Shown here piece after piece: positions 1 to 8,547 of a stretch of DNA of 30,230 nt. A program made the translations under genes and the position numbers. This DNA is from an archaeon. GTDB taxonomy: Archaea; Iainarchaeota; Iainarchaeia; Iainarchaeales; JAAZKV01. Every line of letters starts with the position of its first letter. Position 1 is the stretch's first letter. The stretch lies in contig JAVHOV010000035.1 of assembly GCA_036170245.1 (NCBI GenBank), forward strand, positions 1 to 30,230, written 5' to 3'. The notes beneath the pieces are model-generated. The model did no database searches, had not been told where the DNA came from, and saw only the letters and a list, made by a program, of their open reading frames with translations.

Positions 1-48
1 TAATTCACTGCAAGTATTAAATACAACCAGCAAATACAATATTACTGA

Positions 49-603
49 ATGGGCAGATTTGCAAACGGAATGAGAAAAGTTGGAAGAGGCTTTGTTAAAG
101 CAGGAACTGCTTTTAGCGGACTAAGTAAAACAACTAAAAGAGTTGCAAGAGGAGCCGCACTTGGCGCAATAATTGGCGCAGGAAGAGGAAACACTAGCGG
201 AGCTTACAGTAATAATTACCGAGCTACTCAAGGAGCATTAAGAGAAGGAGCAAGATCAGTTCTTGTAGTACAAGCAGAGAAACAAGCAAGAGAAAAAGCA
301 GGAAGATTTGACAGAGCTTTAATGAATGCAGGACTAAAAGCATCACTAACTCCCCAGCAATTGGCACAAATACAAAACGAAGCAAGAACTTACGGCGGAC
401 CGGTTAGAACTATAAAAAATATGCCAAAAGCACCAAGTTTTGATTTAACAGGAAAAGGAGCAAGAAATGCAGGAAGAGGAGCAGCTACTGGGGCCGCAGC
501 ACTTGGCGGAAGCGTACTTACACTTTCAGCAATAGCAGCAATGAAAAGAAGAAGAGCACAAAGAGCTCAGCAAAGACAACCTCCCCAGCAAGGACACCCA
601 TAA
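49..603 (+). CDS. Hypothetical basic Gly/Ala-rich protein with glycine-zipper-like segments
   Basis: 184-aa ORF with TATA-like TATTAAATA about 25 nt upstream; motifs GAALGAIIGAG and GRGAATGAAALGG; Arg/Lys-rich; no family recognised. Confidence 0.7.
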   Translation: MGRFANGMRKVGRGFVKAGTAFSGLSKTTKRVARGAALGAIIGAGRGNTSGAYSNNYRATQGALREGARSVLVVQAEKQAREKAGRFDRALMNAGLKASLTPQQLAQIQNEARTYGGPVRTIKNMPKAPSFDLTGKGARNAGRGAATGAAALGGSVLTLSAIAAMKRRRAQRAQQRQPPQQGHP

Positions 604-706
604 AAGAGATTCTACAAGTTTTTTGTGACAATTAGCTGATTGTCGAAACAAATTAACTCAATTTAAATATTCATATATCCATTTTAGTTTAGAGTGAATA
701 AAAAAA

Positions 707-1492
707 ATGGTTAAAGTAATTGACAAAAAAGTTGCACTAAGTGCTGAAGAACTGCATTTACTCGGAGAGGGAAAAGAATACGAATTAATCCCTAACCAAA
801 AAGGAGTTTTTCTGCTGATTGAAAAACAAGTTATTGCAAAAAACGAGGGCAAACAGGTTTGTGTAAGTGTACCTCATCATGAAGAACTAACTAATCCTTT
901 AGAAGATGAGAAAGAACAAATAATCGGATTAATAAAAAAAGGAAAACTCTCTGAACTTGTTGAAGGAAAATTTGAAGAACTTTTAAACGACAAACAGAAA
1001 AAAGCACTTATGGAATTAATCACTGAAGGCGAAATATTTATTTTCAAATTAAATGAAACATACAAGAGAGGAGTTTATAGAGTAAAAGAACAAGAAGCAA
1101 ACGAAAACAGAAGCAAAAAAGATTCTGAAGATTTCAATGCACCGGAAAAAACTCTGGAAGAGTATACAATTGAAAACGACGGATTTTTGGCAGCAAAAAA
1201 TACTGATAAAGCAAGATCAATCTCTTATGAGTATGAAGGTCAAATAAAAGAAGGACTCTTAAAAGGAATCAGAACATTTGAAGGAACTTATTATTTGCTT
1301 GAAACTGATTTACTAAAAATGGGAATAACAAAAATAGGAAATGCATTTGAAGGAATAAAATCCATGACAATTGAAGAACTCGCACAGAAAATTAATTATT
1401 CAAAATTACTAACTAAAATAATATGCGAATTTTTAAAAGAAGAAGGAGAAGTCTTGGAAAAAAGAAAAGGCCAATACGCATACATTAAATAA
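707..1492 (+). CDS. Hypothetical protein, possible C-terminal winged-helix domain
   Basis: 261-aa ORF with TTTAAATA at 662-669; C-terminus TIEELAQKINYSKLLTKIICEFLKEEGEVLEKRKGQY resembles a wHTH. Confidence 0.7.
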   Translation: MVKVIDKKVALSAEELHLLGEGKEYELIPNQKGVFLLIEKQVIAKNEGKQVCVSVPHHEELTNPLEDEKEQIIGLIKKGKLSELVEGKFEELLNDKQKKALMELITEGEIFIFKLNETYKRGVYRVKEQEANENRSKKDSEDFNAPEKTLEEYTIENDGFLAAKNTDKARSISYEYEGQIKEGLLKGIRTFEGTYYLLETDLLKMGITKIGNAFEGIKSMTIEELAQKINYSKLLTKIICEFLKEEGEVLEKRKGQYAYIK

Positions 1493-1568
1493 AAACTTTA
1501 GGAAAAACTCTTCATTCACTAAGAATATAAACATTCCAGTCACAAATTAATTATTGCTAAAAGCAGTA

Positions 1569-1586
1569 TGGGGTTATAGTGTAGTG
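1569..1586 (+). repeat. Exact 18-bp duplicate of the tRNA-Trp 5' end
   Basis: TGGGGTTATAGTGTAGTG occurs at 1569-1586 and 1704-1721. Confidence 0.9.
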
Positions 1587-1600
1587 ATACCCAAACGGAG

Positions 1601-1669
1601 CCTTTTTAGGAAAAAGGTCATTGCAAACAAAAGTTTGCGATGCTTCGCAAAAGCACAAAATGCTTTTGC
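1601..1669. repeat. Hairpin cluster including double-hairpin element copy 1
   Basis: CCTTTTT-agg-AAAAAGG (1601-1617); CATTGCAAAC-aaaa-GTTTGCGATG (1619-1642); GCAAAAGCA-caaaa-TGCTTTTGC (1647-1669). Confidence 0.75.
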
Positions 1670-1704
1670 TCAGTCGCGAAAAAAAATCACTAAAAAAATA
1701 CCGT

Positions 1705-1775
1705 GGGGTTATAGTGTAGTGGTATCACGGTTCCCTCCAGAGGAACAGATCGGGGTCCAATTCCCCGTGACCCCA
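1705..1775 (+). tRNA. tRNA-Trp (anticodon CCA), intronless, 3' CCA not encoded
   Basis: Cloverleaf: acceptor GGGGTTA/TGACCCC plus discriminator A; anticodon arm GTTCC-CTCCAGA-GGAAC with CCA at 1737-1739; T arm CGGGG-TCCAATT-CCCCG. Confidence 0.93.
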
Positions 1776-1857
1776 TTAACTCTATTTTTAATTATCAACC
1801 AAAAAACAAAACAGTAGTCTTTTTGGACCCCAATATTTTTTCTAAGAAAAAGTATTG

Positions 1858-1912
1858 CGAGTTAGACTCCGTGACTCCATAACATAAACTTGATCATCAA
1901 TCAAAAAACAAA
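1858..1912 (+). repeat. Degenerate duplicate of the tRNA-Trp 3' end and its trailer
   Basis: CCGTGACTCCATAAC...ATCAATCAAAAAACAAA (1869-1912) versus CCGTGACCCCATTAAC...ATCAACCAAAAAACAAA (1765-1810), preceded by a T-arm-like remnant CGAGTTAGACT. Confidence 0.7.
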
Positions 1913-1943
1913 TTCTTATTAATTACAAAAACTTACCATAATT

Positions 1944-2309
1944 ATGCCTGTAAAAATAAAACAAAGTTTTGTCCCAAAATCAAAAATAGGTTTAACTGAT
2001 TTATCAATTGCAAGAAGAATTATTATGGCTCCAAACGCAAGTAGGTTTGTCGGAAATGAAAAAAACATAATTGAACAAATAAAAAAATCAAAAAAGCAAA
2101 AGCACTATTTGCAAGCATTAAGATTTGAAGATTTATTACTTACAGCACTCTTGAAAAAAAAAGCAAGTGTCAAACAGGTAAAAGCGTGTTTGGAACAAAT
2201 GATTGAAGATGCGCAAAAAGGAAATCATTCTGCTGAACTTAAACTTGCTGCACAAAGATATGAAGATTTGGATTTTATTCTCAAAAGATTTGGATACAAA
2301 ATAGATTAA
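1944..2309 (+). CDS. Hypothetical basic protein (ORFan)
   Basis: 121-aa Lys-rich ORF convergent with acylphosphatase; stops overlap. Confidence 0.65.
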   Translation: MPVKIKQSFVPKSKIGLTDLSIARRIIMAPNASRFVGNEKNIIEQIKKSKKQKHYLQALRFEDLLLTALLKKKASVKQVKACLEQMIEDAQKGNHSAELKLAAQRYEDLDFILKRFGYKID

Positions 2310-2587
2310 TACCTTACTTGAAAATTAGTAAATTTCTCGCTTGATTTAATTTCTTCAATTGCAATATTATCCACTCTCACCCAATAAGCAGGATGCTTTA
2401 ATTCTTCAATTAATTCCTTTACTTTTTTTTCTTCACCAAAGAAAACTGCTTCAACTAAATCAGCTTCCCATGAATTTCTTACCCAACCTTTAACTCCAAA
2501 TGAATTGGCTTTCTTTAAAACCAAATATCTAAAACCAACTCCCTGAACTCTTCCAAGAAAATTTACATGAACACAATAATCTTGCAT
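2306..2587 (-). CDS. acyP: Acylphosphatase
   Basis: Signature GRVQGVGFR...GWVRN; 93 aa. Confidence 0.93.
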   Translation of the reverse strand: MQDYCVHVNFLGRVQGVGFRYLVLKKANSFGVKGWVRNSWEADLVEAVFFGEEKKVKELIEELKHPAYWVRVDNIAIEEIKSSEKFTNFQVRY

Positions 2588-2692
2588 GCATCAAATATAA
2601 ATTAATGAAAATAAAATTGTATGCACTTCAAATTTTTTGTTAAACCATTTACTATAAATAGGAGTTAACTCAAATTACTATTTAATGATTTT

Positions 2693-3154
2693 ATGCCTGC
2701 AAAGTTACCAAAACAAAAAAGAATTTTTGGAAGAAAACCGCAAAAGAATTTAAGAAGACTTGAAAGATTTACTGAAAAAGGAAAAATTTTAGGATATCTT
2801 GGAGATAAAAGCGCAATAAGTCAGGAACTTGAATTAAGAAGAACACTATTAGAAATGAGTCCAAAGGAAAGAACAGAATATATTAAATTTAAAAGGTTGA
2901 GAACTGGCGGAGTTAATGAAAGCAGCAGAGAAATAGAATACAGCACTGGGGATGAAGCATTAAGAGTAACAAGAGGTCTTTTGAAAAGACATTTGTCAAG
3001 AGTTCCAAATGCAGTTGAAGCAAGAATAGAAGACGAACTTAACGAACTACGAGAAAAAGGAACAATAAAAAGACTAAATTCAGATGAACAAGTAAGATTG
3101 AGAGAATTAATCACTATTCAAAACAGAATAAGGGAACAAAAAACAAAGAAATAG
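2693..3154 (+). CDS. Hypothetical basic protein (ORFan)
   Basis: 153-aa Arg/Lys/Glu-rich ORF with TATAAATA upstream at about 2653-2660. Confidence 0.7.
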   Translation: MPAKLPKQKRIFGRKPQKNLRRLERFTEKGKILGYLGDKSAISQELELRRTLLEMSPKERTEYIKFKRLRTGGVNESSREIEYSTGDEALRVTRGLLKRHLSRVPNAVEARIEDELNELREKGTIKRLNSDEQVRLRELITIQNRIREQKTKK

Positions 3155-3254
3155 AGCCAGAACTCAGCCAAATTTTTGTTTTCCTATTTTTTTAAAAAAA
3201 AGGCAATCTTTAAATTGCTTTTACTATCTGAATTAGTAATAAATAAAGGCGATT

Positions 3255-5660
3255 TTGTTGATTAGCGAAAAAAGATTTTCAAAAGAAATGGAAATTGCAG
3301 CATATGAAGAATGGAGAGCAAACAACGCTTTTAGATTTGATAAAGATTCAAAACTGCCAGTTTATTCAATTGATACACCCCCACCATACATTAATTCCCC
3401 AGTACACATTGGGCACGCAAGCACTTATGTAATAATGGATTTTATTGCAAGATACAAAAGAATGACAGGACACAATGTTTTGTTTCCCTTGGGTCTAGAT
3501 CAAAACGGACTACCAATTGAAATAAGTGCTGAGAAGAAATACAAAGTTGATTTTACAAGAATTGGAAGAGAAAAAGCTGTTGAATACTGCAGACAATTAC
3601 TAAACGAGACAACAAGCGAAAGTGTTGATTCTTTTTTCAAATGCGGAATAGGATTTGCTAATTGGAAAGACGGAAAAGAATTAGGAGACATTTACCAAAC
3701 TGATTCACCAACTTATAGAGCAGTAACTCAAAGCACATTCATTGATTTATACAATAAAGGATTGATCTATGAAGCTGATAAAGTTGTTAACTGGGATCCA
3801 AAACTACAAACAACTGTAGCTGATTCTGAAATAATTTACGAAGATAGACCAGGATTCTTCCATGATATTGTATTCAAAGTAAAAGGAACTAATGAAGAGG
3901 TAATTATTGGAACAACAAGACCCGAACTAGTTTGCACGTGCGGAATGGTAATTTATAATCCAGAGGATAAAAGATACCAGCACTTAGAAGGAAAAACATT
4001 AATCACTCCATACTTCAATAAAGAAGTTATTTGCAAAGCACACCCTAGCGCAGAAATTGATAAGGGAACAGGAATAATGATGATGTGCTCTTATGGAGAT
4101 TTAACTGATATTAGATTTTTCATGGAGCAAAAACTTGAAGCAAAAGTTGCAATAAATAAAGACGGAACACTCAACGAAAATGCAGGAGATTTAAACGGAT
4201 TAAAAATCAAGGAAGCACGAGAAAAAATAATTGAAGGACTAAAAGCACAAAATCTTTTGAAAAAAATGACTCCTACTGCAGCTCACAGAACTCCAATAAG
4301 TGAGAGAAGTAATGCAGCAATTGAATTCACCCAAATGAAAGAATACTATTTGAAGCAACTTGATTACAAAGATGAAATGAGAAGAATCGCACAGGAAGTA
4401 AATATTTACGCACCACAATCAAGACAAATATTGCTTGATTGGATTGATTCTGTTTCAATTGACTGGCCCATTACCAGAAGAAGATTTTATGCTACTGAAG
4501 TTCCTGCATGGTACTGCACAAAGTGCGGAGAAATACAATTAGCAGAGAAAGGAAAATATGTTCAACCATGGAAAGAAGAGTACAAAGGAACTTGCAAAAA
4601 GTGTGGGGGAACAGAATTCAAGGGAGACGAAAGAGTATTTGACACTTGGTTTGATTCAAGCATTTCACCGCTTTACATTTTAGGATACGAAAGATACCCT
4701 GAATTCTTCAAAGCCCATGACCAATGCTCACTAAGACCCCAAGGAAAAGAAATTGTAAGAACATGGCTTTATTACACTCTATTAAAAGATTACTTACTAA
4801 CAGGAAAAACAATATTCAAAGATGCTTGGATTCACCACCACATTGTTACTGAAGACGGAACAAAAATGAGTAAGTCAAAAGGAAACGGAATTGATCCACA
4901 TGATGTTTTAACAAGATTTGGTTCAGGTCCATTTAGAACTTGGTGTGCTGTTGAAGGAAATTTGGATATGGGGGATTTTAGATGCTCCTACACTAGAATT
5001 GAAAACGCAGGAAAACTCTTAGAAAAACTTTGGAATGTTTCGAAATTTGTTTCAATGTTTGAATTAACAAAAGAACAAGAACAAAATGCTGAACTAATGG
5101 AAATTGATAAATGGGTTTTAAGAGAAACTGACAAACTAATCAAAGAAGCTCATGAAGGATATGAACAATATGATTTCCACAATCCTGTTGTAAGAATAAT
5201 TAATTTCATTAGAGATGAATTTGCTTCACATTACGTTGAAACTGTAAAAAGAAGAGCATACAATAATGACCCAACAATAAAATTTACTGAAGCACAAAGA
5301 AACGGAGCAGTTAAAACTCTAAGAGAAACACTAAACACACTACTAACATTACTCTTCCCAATCAACCCAGCAATGATGCACTTCATTTACTTGCACTTGT
5401 TCAATGAACAAATCAAGGACAAACAATTTCCACTAACAAGAAATATTACAAGCACAATTAATTCAAATGAATTCATTGAATTCAATTCGGCGATTTGGAA
5501 AGCAAAGAAAGACAATAATTTGAGTCTAAAGGATGAAATTGCAAAAGCAATTGCTCCTGAGACACTAAAATCAGTTGAAATTGAACTAAAGGCAATGCAC
5601 AATATCAAAGAAATTAAATTTGAAGGAAAAGAAAGCATTGTTACTGCAAAATTAAGTTAG
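3255..5660 (+). CDS. valS: Valine--tRNA ligase, archaeal type
   Basis: IDTPPPY..HIGH, editing domain TTRPE..GTGIMMMCSYGD, DTWFDSS, RPQGKEIVRTW, KMSKS; TTG start; lacks the bacterial C-terminal coiled coil. Confidence 0.95.
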   Translation: MLISEKRFSKEMEIAAYEEWRANNAFRFDKDSKLPVYSIDTPPPYINSPVHIGHASTYVIMDFIARYKRMTGHNVLFPLGLDQNGLPIEISAEKKYKVDFTRIGREKAVEYCRQLLNETTSESVDSFFKCGIGFANWKDGKELGDIYQTDSPTYRAVTQSTFIDLYNKGLIYEADKVVNWDPKLQTTVADSEIIYEDRPGFFHDIVFKVKGTNEEVIIGTTRPELVCTCGMVIYNPEDKRYQHLEGKTLITPYFNKEVICKAHPSAEIDKGTGIMMMCSYGDLTDIRFFMEQKLEAKVAINKDGTLNENAGDLNGLKIKEAREKIIEGLKAQNLLKKMTPTAAHRTPISERSNAAIEFTQMKEYYLKQLDYKDEMRRIAQEVNIYAPQSRQILLDWIDSVSIDWPITRRRFYATEVPAWYCTKCGEIQLAEKGKYVQPWKEEYKGTCKKCGGTEFKGDERVFDTWFDSSISPLYILGYERYPEFFKAHDQCSLRPQGKEIVRTWLYYTLLKDYLLTGKTIFKDAWIHHHIVTEDGTKMSKSKGNGIDPHDVLTRFGSGPFRTWCAVEGNLDMGDFRCSYTRIENAGKLLEKLWNVSKFVSMFELTKEQEQNAELMEIDKWVLRETDKLIKEAHEGYEQYDFHNPVVRIINFIRDEFASHYVETVKRRAYNNDPTIKFTEAQRNGAVKTLRETLNTLLTLLFPINPAMMHFIYLHLFNEQIKDKQFPLTRNITSTINSNEFIEFNSAIWKAKKDNNLSLKDEIAKAIAPETLKSVEIELKAMHNIKEIKFEGKESIVTAKLS

Positions 5661-5703
5661 ACAAATAATAGTTTTAAATACTAAAAAACTCATTTTATGC
5701 AAT

Positions 5704-6324
5704 ATGATAATGCAAACAAATATTCCAAAAGAAATAGAAAAAACCCTTAATGGAGAAACTCCAGAGTTTGTTGTAGTTTCATCAAGAGCATTTCCTAGAA
5801 AAGGAGCTACAATACTTTTTGGAATTGGATTGTTTGCCATACTAATTATGATTCTTTTTTCTTTAGCATTTTTCTTTCCTCTTTTAACAGGACAAGAAGT
5901 GAATTTTGAAGTAAATGGAACACCCACAACAGCAAGCATGAACAATTTAGGACCAGCAATTGTACCAGCATGCATAATTGGAATTTTTTCATTAATTTCA
6001 ATTGGTTTTACAATAGCTAGCTTAATCATGATTTTTTCAAAAGGAGGCATATTTGTAGGAACTGAAAAAAGACTAATTAGCTATAGAAAGAAGGAACTTA
6101 TTTCAACAGAATGGAATCAATTTACAAGCACTATTGAAATACAAGGTGACAACAAAAAAGGTGATATTGTTTTTACTATGAAAACTGGCTACTCAGTAGA
6201 CCAAGATGGTAATCAAAAACAATTTTCTCCAGATAAGAAATATATTTGTGGAGTATCAGAAGCCTATGATTTGAACCAAATAATACTAAACCTAATAAAA
6301 GAAAATAACACTGACAAGAAATAA
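5704..6324 (+). CDS. Hypothetical membrane protein (two TM helices plus a soluble C-terminal domain)
   Basis: Two hydrophobic segments; TTTAAATA at about 5673-5680. Confidence 0.75.
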   Translation: MIMQTNIPKEIEKTLNGETPEFVVVSSRAFPRKGATILFGIGLFAILIMILFSLAFFFPLLTGQEVNFEVNGTPTTASMNNLGPAIVPACIIGIFSLISIGFTIASLIMIFSKGGIFVGTEKRLISYRKKELISTEWNQFTSTIEIQGDNKKGDIVFTMKTGYSVDQDGNQKQFSPDKKYICGVSEAYDLNQIILNLIKENNTDKK

Positions 6325-6377
6325 CCTTATTTTAATCAACTCCAAAGGTTTTAATATTAAAAAATACTTCACATAGT

Positions 6378-7706
6378 ATGCAAAAATTAATTTTCAGCTT
6401 AATGTTAATCATACTCCTTGCTTTAAGCATGGGAGTCAATGCCATTTCTGCTGATGAAGCAGTTGCAATTGTTTCCGTTCAAAATAATTACTTAATGGGC
6501 GGAGAAAGCACAAGTGTTGCAAAGGAATTAATCCAATACAAAGGAGAAAAATACATTGTTGTAGCGGCTACTCAAAATAATGCTGTTAATTGTTACATTC
6601 CTTTAAATAATTCTACAGGAGAAGTGGCAAAATTAGATTTGGAAATAAGAGAAATAATTCGAACAACAATAATTTATTCAAAAATGAATGAATTGAACCA
6701 AAGTATTCCTGCAGCAAATTGGCCACTATCTTACTACACAAAAAACACTTTCCAAAGCCTTGGTGACCAGTATGGAGATTTCGCAAAACTAAAAACCCAA
6801 GTGCTCACCGTAAAAACAGAACTTGAAAAAGTTGGTGCCCCCCAAACCCTGATTGACAAGGCAAATAATATTCAAGACAAGATAGACCAAATAATGGCTG
6901 AAAGCAAAAAGCTTGCAGATGAAATAGAGGAAGGAATGGAATACGAAAAGAATTTCTTTGGCACACCTGATGCGAACAAAATACTAAAATATGAAGGTTA
7001 TTACACATTATACTTTACTAATATAATAAACTACAAGAGTTCATACGATGAACTAAACTCAAAATTATATGAGCTATCGCAGGCAATCGCAACGCTGGAA
7101 ACTGATGCACTGACAGTAACTGAAAAGGGAAGCCTTCAGTCATATCTTAACATAAGCTACTCCAAATATCAAACTATATTCAACCCTTCTACAATATTTG
7201 GCCAAACTGATGAGTTAAGAACAACAATAGAATCTGTGTTCATAAGTGCAAGAAACTCAGAAAATTATGCAACTACTCTCGCTTCAAGAGAAGTCAGAAA
7301 CTCTGCCTGGAAGGAAATTTACGGGAGAAACGAAGCACTCCTTAAAGTTGATAAGAGCTTTGAAACACTTGAAATGGCAGCAAACGCAATTCTTTCAACT
7401 GAAAACATAAATCAGTGGGAAGACCAAATTGCAGTTGATGGATTAACTGCCAACTGGACCAGCGCAAAAAGCAGATACAACAATGCTGAATACGAAAAAG
7501 CAAAAGATTATGCCCTAAAAGCACAAAAAAACGTAGCACAAGTAATAGAAGGAGGAGTAAAACAAGCTACAAACAATACTGAAGATTATGTAAAAATTAT
7601 AATAGGAATATTAATAATAGCTTTAGTAGGATTATTTATTTACGAGAATTTTTATTTAAAGAAAAAGAAAAAAAAGGAAGATGAATTTAATGAACCAAAT
7701 TACTAA
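6378..7706 (+). CDS. Secreted, C-terminally membrane-anchored helical surface protein
   Basis: N-terminal signal peptide, coiled-coil-like body, C-terminal TM helix followed by KKKKKK. Confidence 0.8.
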   Translation: MQKLIFSLMLIILLALSMGVNAISADEAVAIVSVQNNYLMGGESTSVAKELIQYKGEKYIVVAATQNNAVNCYIPLNNSTGEVAKLDLEIREIIRTTIIYSKMNELNQSIPAANWPLSYYTKNTFQSLGDQYGDFAKLKTQVLTVKTELEKVGAPQTLIDKANNIQDKIDQIMAESKKLADEIEEGMEYEKNFFGTPDANKILKYEGYYTLYFTNIINYKSSYDELNSKLYELSQAIATLETDALTVTEKGSLQSYLNISYSKYQTIFNPSTIFGQTDELRTTIESVFISARNSENYATTLASREVRNSAWKEIYGRNEALLKVDKSFETLEMAANAILSTENINQWEDQIAVDGLTANWTSAKSRYNNAEYEKAKDYALKAQKNVAQVIEGGVKQATNNTEDYVKIIIGILIIALVGLFIYENFYLKKKKKKEDEFNEPNY

Positions 7707-8526
7707 ATTAGTTTCAGTACTAATTTTGTTAATCCTTGCAACTGGATTTTGTAATGCAACATTACTTGTTAACACTTCAACTGATAAAAAAACATTGGGA
7801 GAGAACGAAATTGCAATACTTACTATTAAAATTTTAAATGATTCAGAACTTGAGGTAAAAAATATTCAAATGAAACTCAAAGCGGATGATGGCATAAAAT
7901 TTGCTGAAGGGGAAGAAACCCAATTCACTTACAAACAAATAGACACTATGAAAGCAAGAGAAGCAGTTGAAATAAAAGTAAAAGTCAAATGCATTGCTTC
8001 AAAAGAACAGCAAGTTAACATTTACACATATTATGGAATAGGTGAAGATCAATCAAATGCTTCAGTAGTATTTATTCAAACAAAACCACTTCCAATAGAA
8101 GTTATCACAAGTGTAGAGAAGAAAGAAGACTCTCAATTAAACAGAACAGTAATTAACTACAAAATGATTAACCATTATGGAAAAAATATTTACAAGGCAG
8201 GTGCTGAAGTATTAACTCCAACAGCTTTCACAATAGAAACAGAACCGGTGTTTATGGATGCTGTTGCTGATGAAGGAAGTATTGAAGAAAACTTTACTAT
8301 TACTGCACCCCTTTCAACTGAAGGAGATTATTCAATAATACTTGCTTACGGGTATATTGATTCAAACATACCCCACTATTTTGAAAAAACTTTTACTGTA
8401 AAATATTCAAAGCCAAATTATGAACTAATTGGATTAATCGGATTAATAGTGCTTATAGTTGCAGCATACTTATTCCTAAAAAAAGATTCTAAGACAGAAG
8501 TAAAGGGAAGTTCTGAAAAGAAATAA
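7681..8526 (+). CDS. Surface protein with Ig-like (CARDB/S-layer-like) beta domains and C-terminal TM anchor
   Basis: Signal peptide, alternating beta-strand pattern, C-terminal TM plus Lys tail; overlaps the upstream gene; start may be 7690. Confidence 0.75.
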   Translation: MNLMNQITKLVSVLILLILATGFCNATLLVNTSTDKKTLGENEIAILTIKILNDSELEVKNIQMKLKADDGIKFAEGEETQFTYKQIDTMKAREAVEIKVKVKCIASKEQQVNIYTYYGIGEDQSNASVVFIQTKPLPIEVITSVEKKEDSQLNRTVINYKMINHYGKNIYKAGAEVLTPTAFTIETEPVFMDAVADEGSIEENFTITAPLSTEGDYSIILAYGYIDSNIPHYFEKTFTVKYSKPNYELIGLIGLIVLIVAAYLFLKKDSKTEVKGSSEKK

Positions 8527-8547
8527 ATCTAATTTAAAAAATAAAAA

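Noticed and set aside
1570..1728. tRNA-Trp with a D-loop intron, or a split tRNA
   Set aside because: An intact tRNA is already present at 1705-1775, and the GTGATACC/GGTATCAC pairing leaves no 3-nt bulges at the required junctions
1554..1817. 87-aa ORF with a repeated WGYSVV
   Set aside because: Overlaps tRNA-Trp; the peptide repeat simply reflects the 18-bp tRNA duplication
1811..1860. C/D-box guide RNA targeting tRNA C56
   Set aside because: The antisense 9-mer is not followed by CTGA and no RTGATGA box is appropriately placed
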